A stretch of DNA of 64,000 nucleotides from NCBI RefSeq assembly GCF_965214065.1, contig NZ_CBDCAT010000026.1:77204-141203 (forward strand), given 5' to 3'. Positions within the stretch are counted from its first letter, which is position 1. Every line of letters starts with the position of its first letter. The notes under the pieces were generated by a model, which did no database searches, was not told the DNA's origin, and saw nothing but the letters and a program-made list of their open reading frames with translations. The position numbers and the translations under genes were made by a program. This DNA comes from Candidatus Poriferisocius sp. (GTDB lineage: Bacteria > Actinomycetota > Acidimicrobiia > Acidimicrobiales > Bin134). Of the stretch, positions 18,507-28,385 are shown in pieces.

Positions 18507-19612
18507 CTAGCAGCCAACTGGGCACCCAGGGTGCGGAGTTGCTGGGTGCCGGCGCCCAGGCTGCACTCGATGTGCTTGTTCCACAGGGTGTAGCGGTGGA
18601 GGGGGTAGTCGACGCTGACGCCCATGCCGCCATGGACGTGCTGGGTGGCGTGGGCGACGTCGTGGGCCCAGTGGGAGGCGTACCACTTGGCGATGGGCAG
18701 GCGCAGCAAGGCGTCGTTGCCGTGGGCCAAGTCGTAGAGTACGGCGCAAGTACAGAGCCGCACCGCCTCCACATGCATGAACTGGTCGGCAAGGCGTTGG
18801 GTGACCGCTTGGAAAGTGGCCACCGGTCGGCCGAACTGCTCTCTTTCCGAGGTGTACTCGGCAGCGAGGCGCAGCGCCCGGTCGACCACCCCTACCTGAG
18901 TGGCGCACAATAGGGCCACCGCCCGATCGGCCAGCCACGCCACCGACGCGCCGTCGGCGGCGCCGAGCGGCTTGCACGGGACGCCGTAGAAACTCACCTG
19001 GTGGACGGGCTGGAGCCGAGTGGACATGCCCGCCTCCATGGTGACTCCTTCGTCGGACAAGTCCACCAAGAACAGCCCGGTGCCGCTGATGGTGCCGTTG
19101 TCGGTGCCGTCATCGAGCCCGGCCACCACCACGATCTTGGACGACTCGGCAGCGAACTCCACCACCTCCTTGGTGCCCACCAGCTTGCCGTCCACCACCC
19201 GGGCCATCGGGCTGGCGATGTCGTCGTTGAGGTACTCCTGGAGGCCGACGGTCATCACGTTGGACCCCGACGCGCAGCCAGGCAGTTCCCGTTGGCGCTG
19301 CTCATCGCTTCCGAAGGCATCCACCGCCAGCGCGGCTAAAATCCCGCTCCACAGCGGCACCGGGGCCACATGGCGTCCTTGGGCTTCCAGCAACTGGCCG
19401 ACGGCGATCAGATCCAGGCCTCCACCGCCCACGTCCTCGCCCAAGCCGATACCCACAAGCCCGGCCGCGGCCAGCTCGCCATAGAGATCCCGGTCGAACC
19501 ACTCGTCGGCGGCCTCGATCTCCATGAGCCGCTCCATGTCGAGCCGGTCGCCCATGATCCGATTGGCCAGTTCGGCTACTGCTTCCTGCTCTTCGCTCAG
19601 AGAGAAATCCAT
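18503..19612 (-). CDS. fadE27: Acyl-CoA dehydrogenase partner subunit (FadE27/ChsE5-like)
   Basis: MDFSLSEEQ, REQFGRPVATFQAV, HVHGGMGV..DYPLHRY; short degenerate ACAD immediately downstream of the FadE26-like gene. Confidence 0.75.
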   Translation of the reverse strand: MDFSLSEEQEAVAELANRIMGDRLDMERLMEIEAADEWFDRDLYGELAAAGLVGIGLGEDVGGGGLDLIAVGQLLEAQGRHVAPVPLWSGILAALAVDAFGSDEQRQRELPGCASGSNVMTVGLQEYLNDDIASPMARVVDGKLVGTKEVVEFAAESSKIVVVAGLDDGTDNGTISGTGLFLVDLSDEGVTMEAGMSTRLQPVHQVSFYGVPCKPLGAADGASVAWLADRAVALLCATQVGVVDRALRLAAEYTSEREQFGRPVATFQAVTQRLADQFMHVEAVRLCTCAVLYDLAHGNDALLRLPIAKWYASHWAHDVAHATQHVHGGMGVSVDYPLHRYTLWNKHIECSLGAGTQQLRTLGAQLAAS

Positions 19613-19623
19613 TGCTCGACCTC

Positions 19624-20811
19624 CTACTTGCGGCGCTTCTCGCGGGGCAGGCCGAGGCCGGCCATGCCGATGATGTCGCGCTGGATCTCGTTGGTTCCGC
19701 CGCCGAAGGTCAGGATCCAGCAGCTCCTATAGGACTCCTCCATGCGGCTGGAGAATTCGGCGTGAGGCGATCCCTTCTTGAGATGCCCGGTTGCCCCCAC
19801 TACCTCGGTGAGCCCGGAGTAGATGAGGTGCATGGACTCCGAGCCCCACACCTTGATGGTGGAGGCCAGAGCCGGGCTCACGTTGTTGCCCACGGTGGAC
19901 TCGTAGGCCACTTTCCAGTTCAACAGATCGAGGAACTCCACTCGGGCCCGGCACTCGGCCAGCTTGACCTGCACCCACTCCTGGTCGATCACCCGGCGGC
20001 CGTCGGGCAGCTTGGCCTCTTTGGCCCACTCAACGGCCTGGCTCACCAGGTTGGCGATGCCCCCTGAGGCGCACAGCGACACCCGCTCATGGTTGAGCTG
20101 GTTGGTGATGAGGCCCCAGCCCCCGTTCACCTCGCCCACGCGAAGCCAGTCGGGCACCCGCACGTTGTCGTAGAACGTGGACGTGGTGTGGGAATTCCCC
20201 ATGGTGATGAACGGCTGGATGTCGAAGCCCGGGTCGTCGGCGGGGGCCAAGAACATGGTGATGCCCTTGTGGGCGGGAGCATCGGGGTCGGTGCGAGCCG
20301 CCAGCCACACGTAGTCGGCGTCGTAGGCCAGGCTGGTGAACTGCTTTTGACCGTTGACGATCCACTCGTCGCCGTCGCGCACCGCCTTGGTCTTGAGGGC
20401 AGCCAGGTCGGTTCCCGCGGTGGGCTCGGAGTAGCCGATGGAAAAGTGCATCTCGCCGGCCAGTATCTTCTTCAAGAAGAAGTCCTTTTGGCGGTCGGTG
20501 CCGTACTCCCGGATGGTTGGGCCCACCGTGTTGATGGTGAGGAACGGAACCGGCACCTGGGCGGCCCAGGCCTCATTGAAGAAGATGTACTGCTCGATGG
20601 GGGTGAATCCCTTGCCGCCATATTCCACAGGCCAGCCAACACCCAGCCAGCCGTCGCTGCCGATCTGGCGGATCAGCGCCTTGTAGTCCTCGTTGGCCTC
20701 GGTCTCGGTGTGGCGGATCTTGGCCCGCACCTCGTCGGTCATGAGGTTGGAGAAGTACCTCCGCAGCTCTTGCTGAAGCTCTAGCTGGTCATCGGTCAAC
20801 TCGACGCGCAT
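19624..20811 (-). CDS. fadE26: Acyl-CoA dehydrogenase (FadE26/ChsE4-like)
   Basis: ELRRYF..LMT.E, VPFLTINTVGPTI, HFSIGYSEP.AGTDLA, QLNHERV, ILTFGGGTNEIQR resemble mycobacterial FadE26. Confidence 0.8.
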   Translation of the reverse strand: MRVELTDDQLELQQELRRYFSNLMTDEVRAKIRHTETEANEDYKALIRQIGSDGWLGVGWPVEYGGKGFTPIEQYIFFNEAWAAQVPVPFLTINTVGPTIREYGTDRQKDFFLKKILAGEMHFSIGYSEPTAGTDLAALKTKAVRDGDEWIVNGQKQFTSLAYDADYVWLAARTDPDAPAHKGITMFLAPADDPGFDIQPFITMGNSHTTSTFYDNVRVPDWLRVGEVNGGWGLITNQLNHERVSLCASGGIANLVSQAVEWAKEAKLPDGRRVIDQEWVQVKLAECRARVEFLDLLNWKVAYESTVGNNVSPALASTIKVWGSESMHLIYSGLTEVVGATGHLKKGSPHAEFSSRMEESYRSCWILTFGGGTNEIQRDIIGMAGLGLPREKRRK

Positions 20812-20883
20812 GTGCCTAGTGTGCCAGCCCTGGCCATAGCTGGGCTATCCAAGGTCGGCGGCTGTGCCGGTAGCCTCTCGGCA

Positions 20884-21495
20884 ATGCTGGTCGTGGGCCT
20901 CACCGGGGGGATCGGAGCGGGGAAATCTACTGCGGCGGCTCGGTTTGGCGAGCTGGGCGCGGTTGTGGTCGACGTGGATGGCATCGGTCGGGAGGTGCTG
21001 GCTCCAGGGGGGCGGGCTGAGTCGGAGGTGGTCGAAGCCTTCGGCCCCGGGATCCTGGACGAGAGCGGCTGCATCGACCGGGGAAAGGTGGCCGCCGAGG
21101 TGTTCGGCCAACCCGACCGGCTGGCAGCCCTCGAGGCGATCAGCCATCCGGCCATAAACGCCGAGTTGGACGCCAGGCTCCAGGTTTTGGCCCAAGACAA
21201 AGATGCAGAGGTTGTGGTTTTGGACATGGCTGTGTTGGCAGAGAGCCGCCTTGGGCAGCTGGAGTCAGGGCGGGGCTACACCGTTGTGGTGGTGGTGGAG
21301 GCTCCTGGGGAGGTGCGCTTGCCCCGGCTCATCCAGCGGGGCCTCACCGAGGAGCAGGCCCGGGCGCGAATGGCCAGCCAGGCCACCGACGCCCAGCGCC
21401 GGGCTCTAGCCCATCATGTCATCGTGAACGACGGCAGCCCCGCTGATCTGTCAGCGGCCGTCGACCAGGTGTGGGCCAAGCTGACAAAGCACTAG
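20884..21495 (+). CDS. coaE: Dephospho-CoA kinase
   Basis: VGLTGGIGAGKST, ISHP, ARM.SQ, I.NDG. Confidence 0.93.
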   Translation: MLVVGLTGGIGAGKSTAAARFGELGAVVVDVDGIGREVLAPGGRAESEVVEAFGPGILDESGCIDRGKVAAEVFGQPDRLAALEAISHPAINAELDARLQVLAQDKDAEVVVLDMAVLAESRLGQLESGRGYTVVVVVEAPGEVRLPRLIQRGLTEEQARARMASQATDAQRRALAHHVIVNDGSPADLSAAVDQVWAKLTKH

Positions 21496-21505
21496 CCCGA
21501 GCCCG

Positions 21506-22708
21506 TCAGGAGCGGGGGACTTCCTCCCAGGGCTGGCCCTTGAAGGGGTCGGGCTCTTTGGGAAGACCCAGAACCCGCTCGCCGATGATGTTGCGCTGCA
21601 CCTCGTTGGTGCCCCCGGCGATGGCCATACCCGGTGCGCTGATGACTGCGCTGGCCCATTCGTCGGCACCCTCTTCGGCCCCGTCCCACGCCTGGCCGGA
21701 CGGCCCGGCCAGCTCCATGGCCACATCAGCAGCCCGGCGGCTCAGCAGGGCGGTGTTCAGCTTGGCTATCGACCCCTCCGGTCCGGGGGCCTTACCCGAC
21801 GCAGCGGCCTGGCGAATCCGCATTCCGACGAATTTCTGGATGCGCTCGCGGATGTAGAGATCGGCCAGCGCGTCGCGCACCACCGGGTCGCGGTGGCGTC
21901 CCCGCCGCCGGGCCTCATTGATCAGCTTGGTGCTGCTCATGGACTGGGACATGGCCCCGCTTCCACCGGCCCCGATGGCCACCCGCTCATACATCAGCAT
22001 GGCAACGGCCACGTTCCAGCCGTTGCCCTCGTCTCCGACCAGGCACCCGTGGCCCACCCGCACGTCGGTCAGATAGACCTCGTTGAAGTGAGAGCTCCCG
22101 TTGATCTGGCGCAGCGGCCTTATGTCCACGCCGGGCAGCGACAGGTCGACGATGAACATGGACAGACCTCGATGCTTGGGCTGGGCTGGGTCGGTGCGGG
22201 CCACGCACAAGCCGTAGTCGCAGTACTGGGCGCCTGAAGTCCACACCTTTTGGCCGTTCAGCACCCATTCGTCGCCGTCGCGCACCGCCCTCATGGCCAA
22301 AGAGGCCACGTCGGAGCCAGCGCCGGGCTCGGAGAACATCTGGCACCAAATCTCGTCGCACCGGATGATGCGGGCCTGGTGGCGGGCCTTCTGCTCGGGG
22401 GTGCCGAAGTCGTTGATTACCGGCAGGCACATGCCGTGGGAAATGGCCGTTGGGACCAGGGGCGCCTGGTACTTGGAAATCTCTTGGTTGAACACCTCCA
22501 CATACCCCTTGTCCAGCCCCAGCCCGCCGAACTCGACGGGATAGGTGATGCCCCCAAGGCCAGCGTCGGACAGCGCGCCGTGGAATCGGCGGCATTCGGC
22601 TACCAGAGAATCTTCGGTCCACTCCACTGGCGGCCCGCTGCGGGGGGCGGCGTTGTCGGCAAGGAACTCTTTGGTTCGCCGCCGAAACTCATCAAGCGCA
22701 AGGGTCAT
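21506..22708 (-). CDS. Acyl-CoA dehydrogenase family protein
   Basis: WCQMFSEPGAGSDVA, NGQKVWTS, IAGGTNEVQRNIIGERVLGLP. Confidence 0.93.
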   Translation of the reverse strand: MTLALDEFRRRTKEFLADNAAPRSGPPVEWTEDSLVAECRRFHGALSDAGLGGITYPVEFGGLGLDKGYVEVFNQEISKYQAPLVPTAISHGMCLPVINDFGTPEQKARHQARIIRCDEIWCQMFSEPGAGSDVASLAMRAVRDGDEWVLNGQKVWTSGAQYCDYGLCVARTDPAQPKHRGLSMFIVDLSLPGVDIRPLRQINGSSHFNEVYLTDVRVGHGCLVGDEGNGWNVAVAMLMYERVAIGAGGSGAMSQSMSSTKLINEARRRGRHRDPVVRDALADLYIRERIQKFVGMRIRQAAASGKAPGPEGSIAKLNTALLSRRAADVAMELAGPSGQAWDGAEEGADEWASAVISAPGMAIAGGTNEVQRNIIGERVLGLPKEPDPFKGQPWEEVPRS

Positions 22709-22763
22709 GGCCAAAGACTAACTAGTGGTGTGTCACAGGCCTCCATAGAGTGGAAGAACCACG

Positions 22764-24008
22764 CTAGGCCGCGGGCCGAACGGCTTCGGCTGGGTCCATT
22801 CGCGATGCCCGCCATGCCGGATACAGCCCGGCTACCAGTCCCACACCGACCGTTACGGCCAACCCGATGACTATGAACAAAGTCTCAATGGTCAATGGCC
22901 AGTCCAGGATTCGGGTAACCGCTGCCACCACTCCGAGTCCGAGAATTATGCCCATCACACCGCCGAGCAGGGTCAACAGCACCGACTCGATGAGGAATTG
23001 TGCGGCTATATGGGCCCTCTTGGCCCCCAGGGCTCGGCGCACCCCTATTTCGCCCCGGCGCTCCAGCACCGAGATCAGCATGATGTTGCCCACTCCGATG
23101 GCTCCCACCACAATGATGACCACCACCAGCAGGCTGAGCAGCGATTGGAAATTCTCGCTGATGATCTCTCGGGCCTCTAGGTCGAGCGACGACACCGCCA
23201 CCTCGCCGGGGGCCTCGGGGTTGGCCTGGCGGGGGAGTAGCTCCCGGACCTGTTCGATCACGTCCAGATCAGCCTGCACCCAGATGCGCTCGGGGTTGTC
23301 GCCGGCGTCGTAGAGGTTTTCGGCTACGGAGACTCCAATGAGCGCGGCCCGGTTCAAGGTCAGCCCCTGGCTGATGGTGAACGGTTGAAGGACGCCGATC
23401 ACTGCGAATTCGTGGCCGGAGATGTGGACGGTTGGGTTGGCGTAGAGCTGGTCGAAGCCCAGAACTTCGGCGGTGTCGGATCCGAGGACCACGGTGGGAA
23501 CTTGCACCGTGGCTGCATCATGGAATCGGCCGTGGGCAATTCCGCCCCGCAGCGGGATGAGAAGGTCCAAATCGTCTTCTTCTACGGCGAACAGCCGGAT
23601 ACCCCCCGTCTCTACTTCGGGTATGTAGTCGGTCTTGCGCATAGTGGCCGGGACCCGGCGAATGGAGGCCACCACATCCACCAGATCCCGCATGTGGGTG
23701 TCGATGGCCGCGGCGGCTCCCGGCAGCAGTTCGGGGTCTCCGGCAAAGGAGGTGCCGGGGGTCAGCTCCAACACGTCGATTCCCTGTTCCAGCAGATCGC
23801 GCTGGGCGTCGGCCTCACCAGAATTGATGATGCCCACCAGCGCGATGAGAGAGGCCACGCCGATGGCGATGCCGATGGCCGCCATGGCGGTTCGGCCTTT
23901 GCGAGTCCGCAGCCCCAGCGTGCCCAGCGACAGGGAGTCGCGGATTCGCAGCCTGCTGCGGGAAGAGCCCGACGGGCCGTCGCGGATTCGCCGCTTTCTG
24001 CTAGCCAT
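22764..24008 (-). CDS. ABC transporter permease (MacB/FtsX type)
   Basis: GIAIGVA, GVGNIMLISVLERRGEIGVRRALGA, YPAWRASR. Confidence 0.93.
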   Translation of the reverse strand: MASRKRRIRDGPSGSSRSRLRIRDSLSLGTLGLRTRKGRTAMAAIGIAIGVASLIALVGIINSGEADAQRDLLEQGIDVLELTPGTSFAGDPELLPGAAAAIDTHMRDLVDVVASIRRVPATMRKTDYIPEVETGGIRLFAVEEDDLDLLIPLRGGIAHGRFHDAATVQVPTVVLGSDTAEVLGFDQLYANPTVHISGHEFAVIGVLQPFTISQGLTLNRAALIGVSVAENLYDAGDNPERIWVQADLDVIEQVRELLPRQANPEAPGEVAVSSLDLEAREIISENFQSLLSLLVVVIIVVGAIGVGNIMLISVLERRGEIGVRRALGAKRAHIAAQFLIESVLLTLLGGVMGIILGLGVVAAVTRILDWPLTIETLFIVIGLAVTVGVGLVAGLYPAWRASRMDPAEAVRPAA

Positions 24009-24009
24009 C

Positions 24010-24747
24010 TCAGGCTTTCGCCGAATCGTCGCCGCCGGCCTCGGGGTTGGGCTGATGTTCTCCCGTATCGTGGCTGATGAGGCCGTCGAGAATGGCCACC
24101 GACCGGGGCATCCGGTCGGCCAAATCCCGATCGTGGGTGATGATCACGATGGTGGAACCGGCCCGGTTCAGCTCCAAGAACAGCTCCACGATCTCCTCGG
24201 TGTTCTGCGAGTCGAGGTTGCCGGTGGGCTCATCAGCCAGCACGATGGCCGGGTCGCCCACCAACGCCCGGGCGACGGCCACCCGTTGGCGCTCACCGCC
24301 GGAGAGCTTGCCGGGCCGCTGTTTCATTCGGTGGCCAAGTCCGACTCGTTCCAGCACCTCGCGGGCCATCTGTCTCCTCCAGCGGAGACTGAAACCCTGG
24401 TAGAGGTTGCCGGTGGCCACGTTGTCGAGGGCAGACAGCCCCTCCAACAGGTGGAACTGCTGGAATACGAACCCGATGCGGTGGCCCCGCACCCCGGCCA
24501 CCTCGCGGTCGGCCAGGTCGGAGAGCCTTTGACCGTCTACCACCACCTCACCCGAACTGGGGCGGTCCAGTGCCCCCATGATGTTCAACATGGTGCTCTT
24601 GCCCGACCCCGAGGGGCCGACCACTGCCACCAGCTCGCCCGCACAAATGGTGACGTCGACGCCGTCCAAAGCCCGGACCGGCGGCGAGCCCGGATAGTGC
24701 TTCGCCACCTGGTGTAACTCCAGCACTTTCCGGGGCTCAATCGTCAT
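24010..24747 (-). CDS. ABC transporter ATP-binding protein (MacB/LolD type)
   Basis: [30 protein letters not shown]. Confidence 0.96.
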   Translation of the reverse strand: MTIEPRKVLELHQVAKHYPGSPPVRALDGVDVTICAGELVAVVGPSGSGKSTMLNIMGALDRPSSGEVVVDGQRLSDLADREVAGVRGHRIGFVFQQFHLLEGLSALDNVATGNLYQGFSLRWRRQMAREVLERVGLGHRMKQRPGKLSGGERQRVAVARALVGDPAIVLADEPTGNLDSQNTEEIVELFLELNRAGSTIVIITHDRDLADRMPRSVAILDGLISHDTGEHQPNPEAGGDDSAKA

Positions 24748-24792
24748 CAGGACTCGCCTCTAGTTGCTGTACGGCTCGGGGCCGTACCGGCA

Positions 24793-26646
24793 TTAGGGGA
24801 TGCGCACCAGGTCGCCCACTTCGAGGTCGCCGTCGGTGATCTCGACAAAGGCGTCAACGAACGTTCCCACCTCAACCGGCACCAAGGTCGTCGACCCGTC
24901 GACGACCACCTCCACGACGAAGCCGCCGTTGACCGTGGCGATCAGCGCCGAAGCGGGCACCACCAATGCGTTGGGGGTTACCTGCTTGGTGATGGTCCAC
25001 TTCACCGGAGCAGCGTCGAAGCGGGCAGAAGCCTCCTCGTCGAGCAGGATGATGATGACCTCGATGGTGGGATCAGCCAGCCCGCCAGTCTGCGCGTTGG
25101 GCAGCCGCTTGGCCACCCTGGCTACCTCTGAAACAACGCCCGGGCTGACCCGGCCGTCGGGCAGCTCGACTTGCACGTCGTCTAGCTCGTTCACGATCTC
25201 GGCATCGCCGGGATCGAGATTGCTGACAATTTCCTGGTACTGGCCGGTGATGGAGAAGGCGGCCGCCTGGGGCCCCAACTGCTGGCCTACCGCGACGTTC
25301 ACCGACGAGATGCGGAAGGGCTCTTCGATGAACACCACGAAGCCCATGTCGATTATGCCGGTCTCGTCGACTCCCAAGCGGTTCTGCCACTCCTGCACCA
25401 CATCCTCGGTGACCGGGGTGAAGTTCTCGTTGACGGTCATCTCCTCCCAGCCGGGAATCTCCATGTCGGCCAGCGCCTGCTCGAGCTGCACAACATCGGG
25501 CCCGTCTTCCATCTGGCTCTGGAAGGGCCGATACATGGGGCGCTCTCCCCGCAGGAGCACGATCGGATAGCTGTTCACCTCGAAGAGCGTGGCCCCCACA
25601 TCGAGCACTTCGCCCTCTTCGGGCAGAAGCCCGGTGACGATCCCCGAAGTGTTGGTGTACAGCGGTTCGGGATCGCCGAATCCCAGCGTGCCGTCGAACT
25701 CCTCGGTGTCGATCAGGTCGCGCCGCACCACTTCGGCGGTGTTCAGCTCTTCGGTGTCGCGCAGTATCCTCTCGGCGGCCGAAGAAGAGACCGAAGGGGT
25801 GGTCACGCCATCGGTCCTCGGCGCGGGGACCTGGGTGCTGGTGGCGCTCTGGGTGGCTGGTGCGGCGGTCGGCGCCGATGGGGTGGGGGTTTCGGGAGAC
25901 GAAGCGGCGGCCAAATTGGGCTCCGCTCCCCCCATTACCGGCAGACACACCCTCAACGCCGCCTGGATTTCGGAGGTTACGCCGGAGCCGTCGCCTTGTC
26001 CGGGGAATCCGCTTTCGGGATATTGGCCGAAGTCGGGATCGGGGAAGTCGTCCACTCCCTGGTCGCGCATGCACTTCGAGAAGCCCACCGCGTTCTCCTC
26101 CCGCTGCGCCTGCTGGGCGTTGGTGTCCTGCTGGGGCGCGAGAGCGATCAGCTCGCTGAACACGCTGGCGCAAGCTTGAAGGGCCGGGGCCAAACCCGGC
26201 TGGGTGAAGCTCACCCCGGCGTCCTGCATGGCTCTAAGGAACGAGGCCTGGTCGACGATCTGGGAGCTGTCGATATCGGGGAAGTCGGGGAACCCTTCGT
26301 CGCGTATGCAACGGGAGAAGTCCACGAAAGCCTCGTCGCGCAATTTCAACAGCTCTTCTTCTGACAGCTCGGTTTCGGCCTCGGTGTCGGCCTGGGCGGG
26401 AACCAGGGCTTCCATCGGCTCGACCGGCTGGGTCTCAGCCGGGGTCGGCGCAGCAGTCGGCGCTGCCGGTGGATCGGCCACATTCTCCAGAGCCTCAAAC
26501 AGGCCTTCGGGCAATACCTCGCTCAGGTCGGTGGTGACGACGCTATTGGAGTCGTCGCCCGGCGCGGTTCCGCATGCCCCGGCTGCCAAGGCCAGAGCTG
26601 CCAGGATGCTGAAAATCCATCGGGTTTGTCTTGAGTGATTCATCAT
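24793..26646 (-). CDS. Lipoprotein fusing a repeated CxR..G..FPD domain to a peptidoglycan-binding/periplasmic adaptor (MFP) domain
   Basis: Lipobox LAAGAC; FSRCIRDEGFPDFPD and FSKCMRDQGVDDFPDP repeats; G.DV.QLE..L PG-binding segment; ALVVP..A MFP C-terminus. Confidence 0.75.
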   Translation of the reverse strand: MMNHSRQTRWIFSILAALALAAGACGTAPGDDSNSVVTTDLSEVLPEGLFEALENVADPPAAPTAAPTPAETQPVEPMEALVPAQADTEAETELSEEELLKLRDEAFVDFSRCIRDEGFPDFPDIDSSQIVDQASFLRAMQDAGVSFTQPGLAPALQACASVFSELIALAPQQDTNAQQAQREENAVGFSKCMRDQGVDDFPDPDFGQYPESGFPGQGDGSGVTSEIQAALRVCLPVMGGAEPNLAAASSPETPTPSAPTAAPATQSATSTQVPAPRTDGVTTPSVSSSAAERILRDTEELNTAEVVRRDLIDTEEFDGTLGFGDPEPLYTNTSGIVTGLLPEEGEVLDVGATLFEVNSYPIVLLRGERPMYRPFQSQMEDGPDVVQLEQALADMEIPGWEEMTVNENFTPVTEDVVQEWQNRLGVDETGIIDMGFVVFIEEPFRISSVNVAVGQQLGPQAAAFSITGQYQEIVSNLDPGDAEIVNELDDVQVELPDGRVSPGVVSEVARVAKRLPNAQTGGLADPTIEVIIILLDEEASARFDAAPVKWTITKQVTPNALVVPASALIATVNGGFVVEVVVDGSTTLVPVEVGTFVDAFVEITDGDLEVGDLVRIP

Positions 26647-27479
26647 TCATCCAGTTCAAATAAGCGACGGGCGTTGCCGCCGGCTACCGCGGCCTTGTCC
26701 TCGTCGGACAGGTCGGATTCCAAGAGCTGACCCAGTATGTGGCTGATGCGCTGACCGAGCGGCCAGGAATAGAGGTCGGTGCCGTAGACATAGCGGTGGG
26801 CGCCGTGTTGGCGCACGTGGTTGGCAATGAAGTCGAAATTGTACGAAAGACTGCAATCGAACACCAGATTGGGGTAGGTGGCGGCTAGATGGCCGCAGTG
26901 TTTGGTGCCCTCGTGGGTGGAGTAGCCGTCTAGCACCAGCATGGTGAGGTCGGGGTGGCGGGAAGCGAGCTGGCCCACTTTCCACAGCGACTCCTCGGCA
27001 GTCTCATCCAGCGCATGGATCACTGGCAGCAAGCCCAGCTCGCCCATGGCCCCTATGTAGGTGGATACCCAGTGGTTGTCGATGCTCACCCCCTGAAAAC
27101 GGGTGTGAAAGCTCATGCCCACCAGGCGCAGCGGGCCGGCAGCCCGCTCCAGTTCGGCCAGGCTGACCTCGCCGTCGCGGGGCTCCACAATGCCGATGGC
27201 CACCGGGAAACGATCAGGGGTGGCATCGCGGTAGGCGGCGATCTGGTCGTTCACCGCCTGGGTGTCGGCGTGGCCGTTGGGCCGCAGGTAGCCGTGGCCG
27301 GGGATCACCGCGGCCTGGTCGACGCCGCCGGCCTCCATGATCTCGATGCGCTTGGACAGCTCTAGGGCGGCATAGGCATCGGGATCGGGGGCTTGTTCGG
27401 GGGGCAGGCCCAACGCTCCTGAGGCATCGCCCACATGGTGGTGGACGTCAAAAACCGAAATGCCCGACGAGCTGACCAT
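26643..27479 (-). CDS. Amidohydrolase family protein (amidohydro_2)
   Basis: FDVHHHVG, N..IA...PDRF, LPVIH, YGTD. Confidence 0.85.
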   Translation of the reverse strand: MVSSSGISVFDVHHHVGDASGALGLPPEQAPDPDAYAALELSKRIEIMEAGGVDQAAVIPGHGYLRPNGHADTQAVNDQIAAYRDATPDRFPVAIGIVEPRDGEVSLAELERAAGPLRLVGMSFHTRFQGVSIDNHWVSTYIGAMGELGLLPVIHALDETAEESLWKVGQLASRHPDLTMLVLDGYSTHEGTKHCGHLAATYPNLVFDCSLSYNFDFIANHVRQHGAHRYVYGTDLYSWPLGQRISHILGQLLESDLSDEDKAAVAGGNARRLFELDE

Positions 27480-27481
27480 GG

Positions 27482-28282
27482 CTATCGCCGCTTGAACTCT
27501 GGCTTTCGCTTTTGGCTGAAGGCCAAGGGGCCCTCTTTGGCGTCGTCGCTCTGGAAAACCGCCCAGCCATACTCGAACTCGTGGGCCAGGGCCTCTTCCT
27601 CGGTCATGCCGTCGGTTTCGTGCAGGGTGCGCAAGATGGCCTCCACGGCCAGCGGGCCGTTCTCGCAGATGGTGGCCGCTATCTCCTTGGCCTTGGCCAG
27701 GGCTTGGCCGTCGGGCACTACCTGGCCGATGAGACCGATCTGGGCTGCTTCGGCCGCGGTGATGTGCTTGCCGGTGAGGAGGATCTCAGCAGCATGGGTA
27801 TAGGGGATCTGGCGGCGGAGGCGCACCGCAGATCCGCCCATCGGGTAGAGCGACCAGCGGGCTTCGGAGACCCCGAATCGGGCGCTCTCGCCGGCTACCC
27901 GGATGTCCATGCCCTGGAGGATCTCTGTGCCACCGGCGATGGCCACGCCCTCCACTGCGGCGATGATCGGCTTGGTGGGCCGGTAACTGCGCAAAAGCGC
28001 CTTCCAGTGGAGTTCGGGGTCGGCGGCCTGGCGGGCGGCCACATCGATTTCCGGGTCGGCGTTGCCGGCGTTACCGCTCATGGCCTTGAGATCGGCACCC
28101 GAGCTGAAATTGCCCCCCGCGCCGGTCACGATGATGCAGCGGATGTCGTCGTTGTTGTCCGCCTCCTCGTAGGCGTCCAACATCCGCACCATCATCGCCC
28201 CTGACAGGGCGTTGTACCGCTCGGGGCGGTTCATGGTGATGATGATGGACTGACCTTCGCGTTCCACGATTGCATCGGGCAC
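27482..28282 (-). CDS. echA19: Enoyl-CoA hydratase (EchA19-like)
   Basis: [58 protein letters not shown] matches the EchA19 pattern. Confidence 0.8.
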   Translation of the reverse strand: MPDAIVEREGQSIIITMNRPERYNALSGAMMVRMLDAYEEADNNDDIRCIIVTGAGGNFSSGADLKAMSGNAGNADPEIDVAARQAADPELHWKALLRSYRPTKPIIAAVEGVAIAGGTEILQGMDIRVAGESARFGVSEARWSLYPMGGSAVRLRRQIPYTHAAEILLTGKHITAAEAAQIGLIGQVVPDGQALAKAKEIAATICENGPLAVEAILRTLHETDGMTEEEALAHEFEYGWAVFQSDDAKEGPLAFSQKRKPEFKRR

Positions 28283-28385
28283 CGGCTGATCTCCTTTGCT
28301 AGATCTTGAGCTGCGAAGTGGCGCAGCCCCCGCAAACTAGTGGGCCAGCGGCGAATTGGGCGAAACGACCGGCCTTAGACGGGCT

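Noticed and set aside
22731-22751. Second PafBC-like motif TGTCAC...TAGAGT
   Set aside because: The spacer is 9 nt rather than 10, and it points antisense into a gene end with no downstream ORF.
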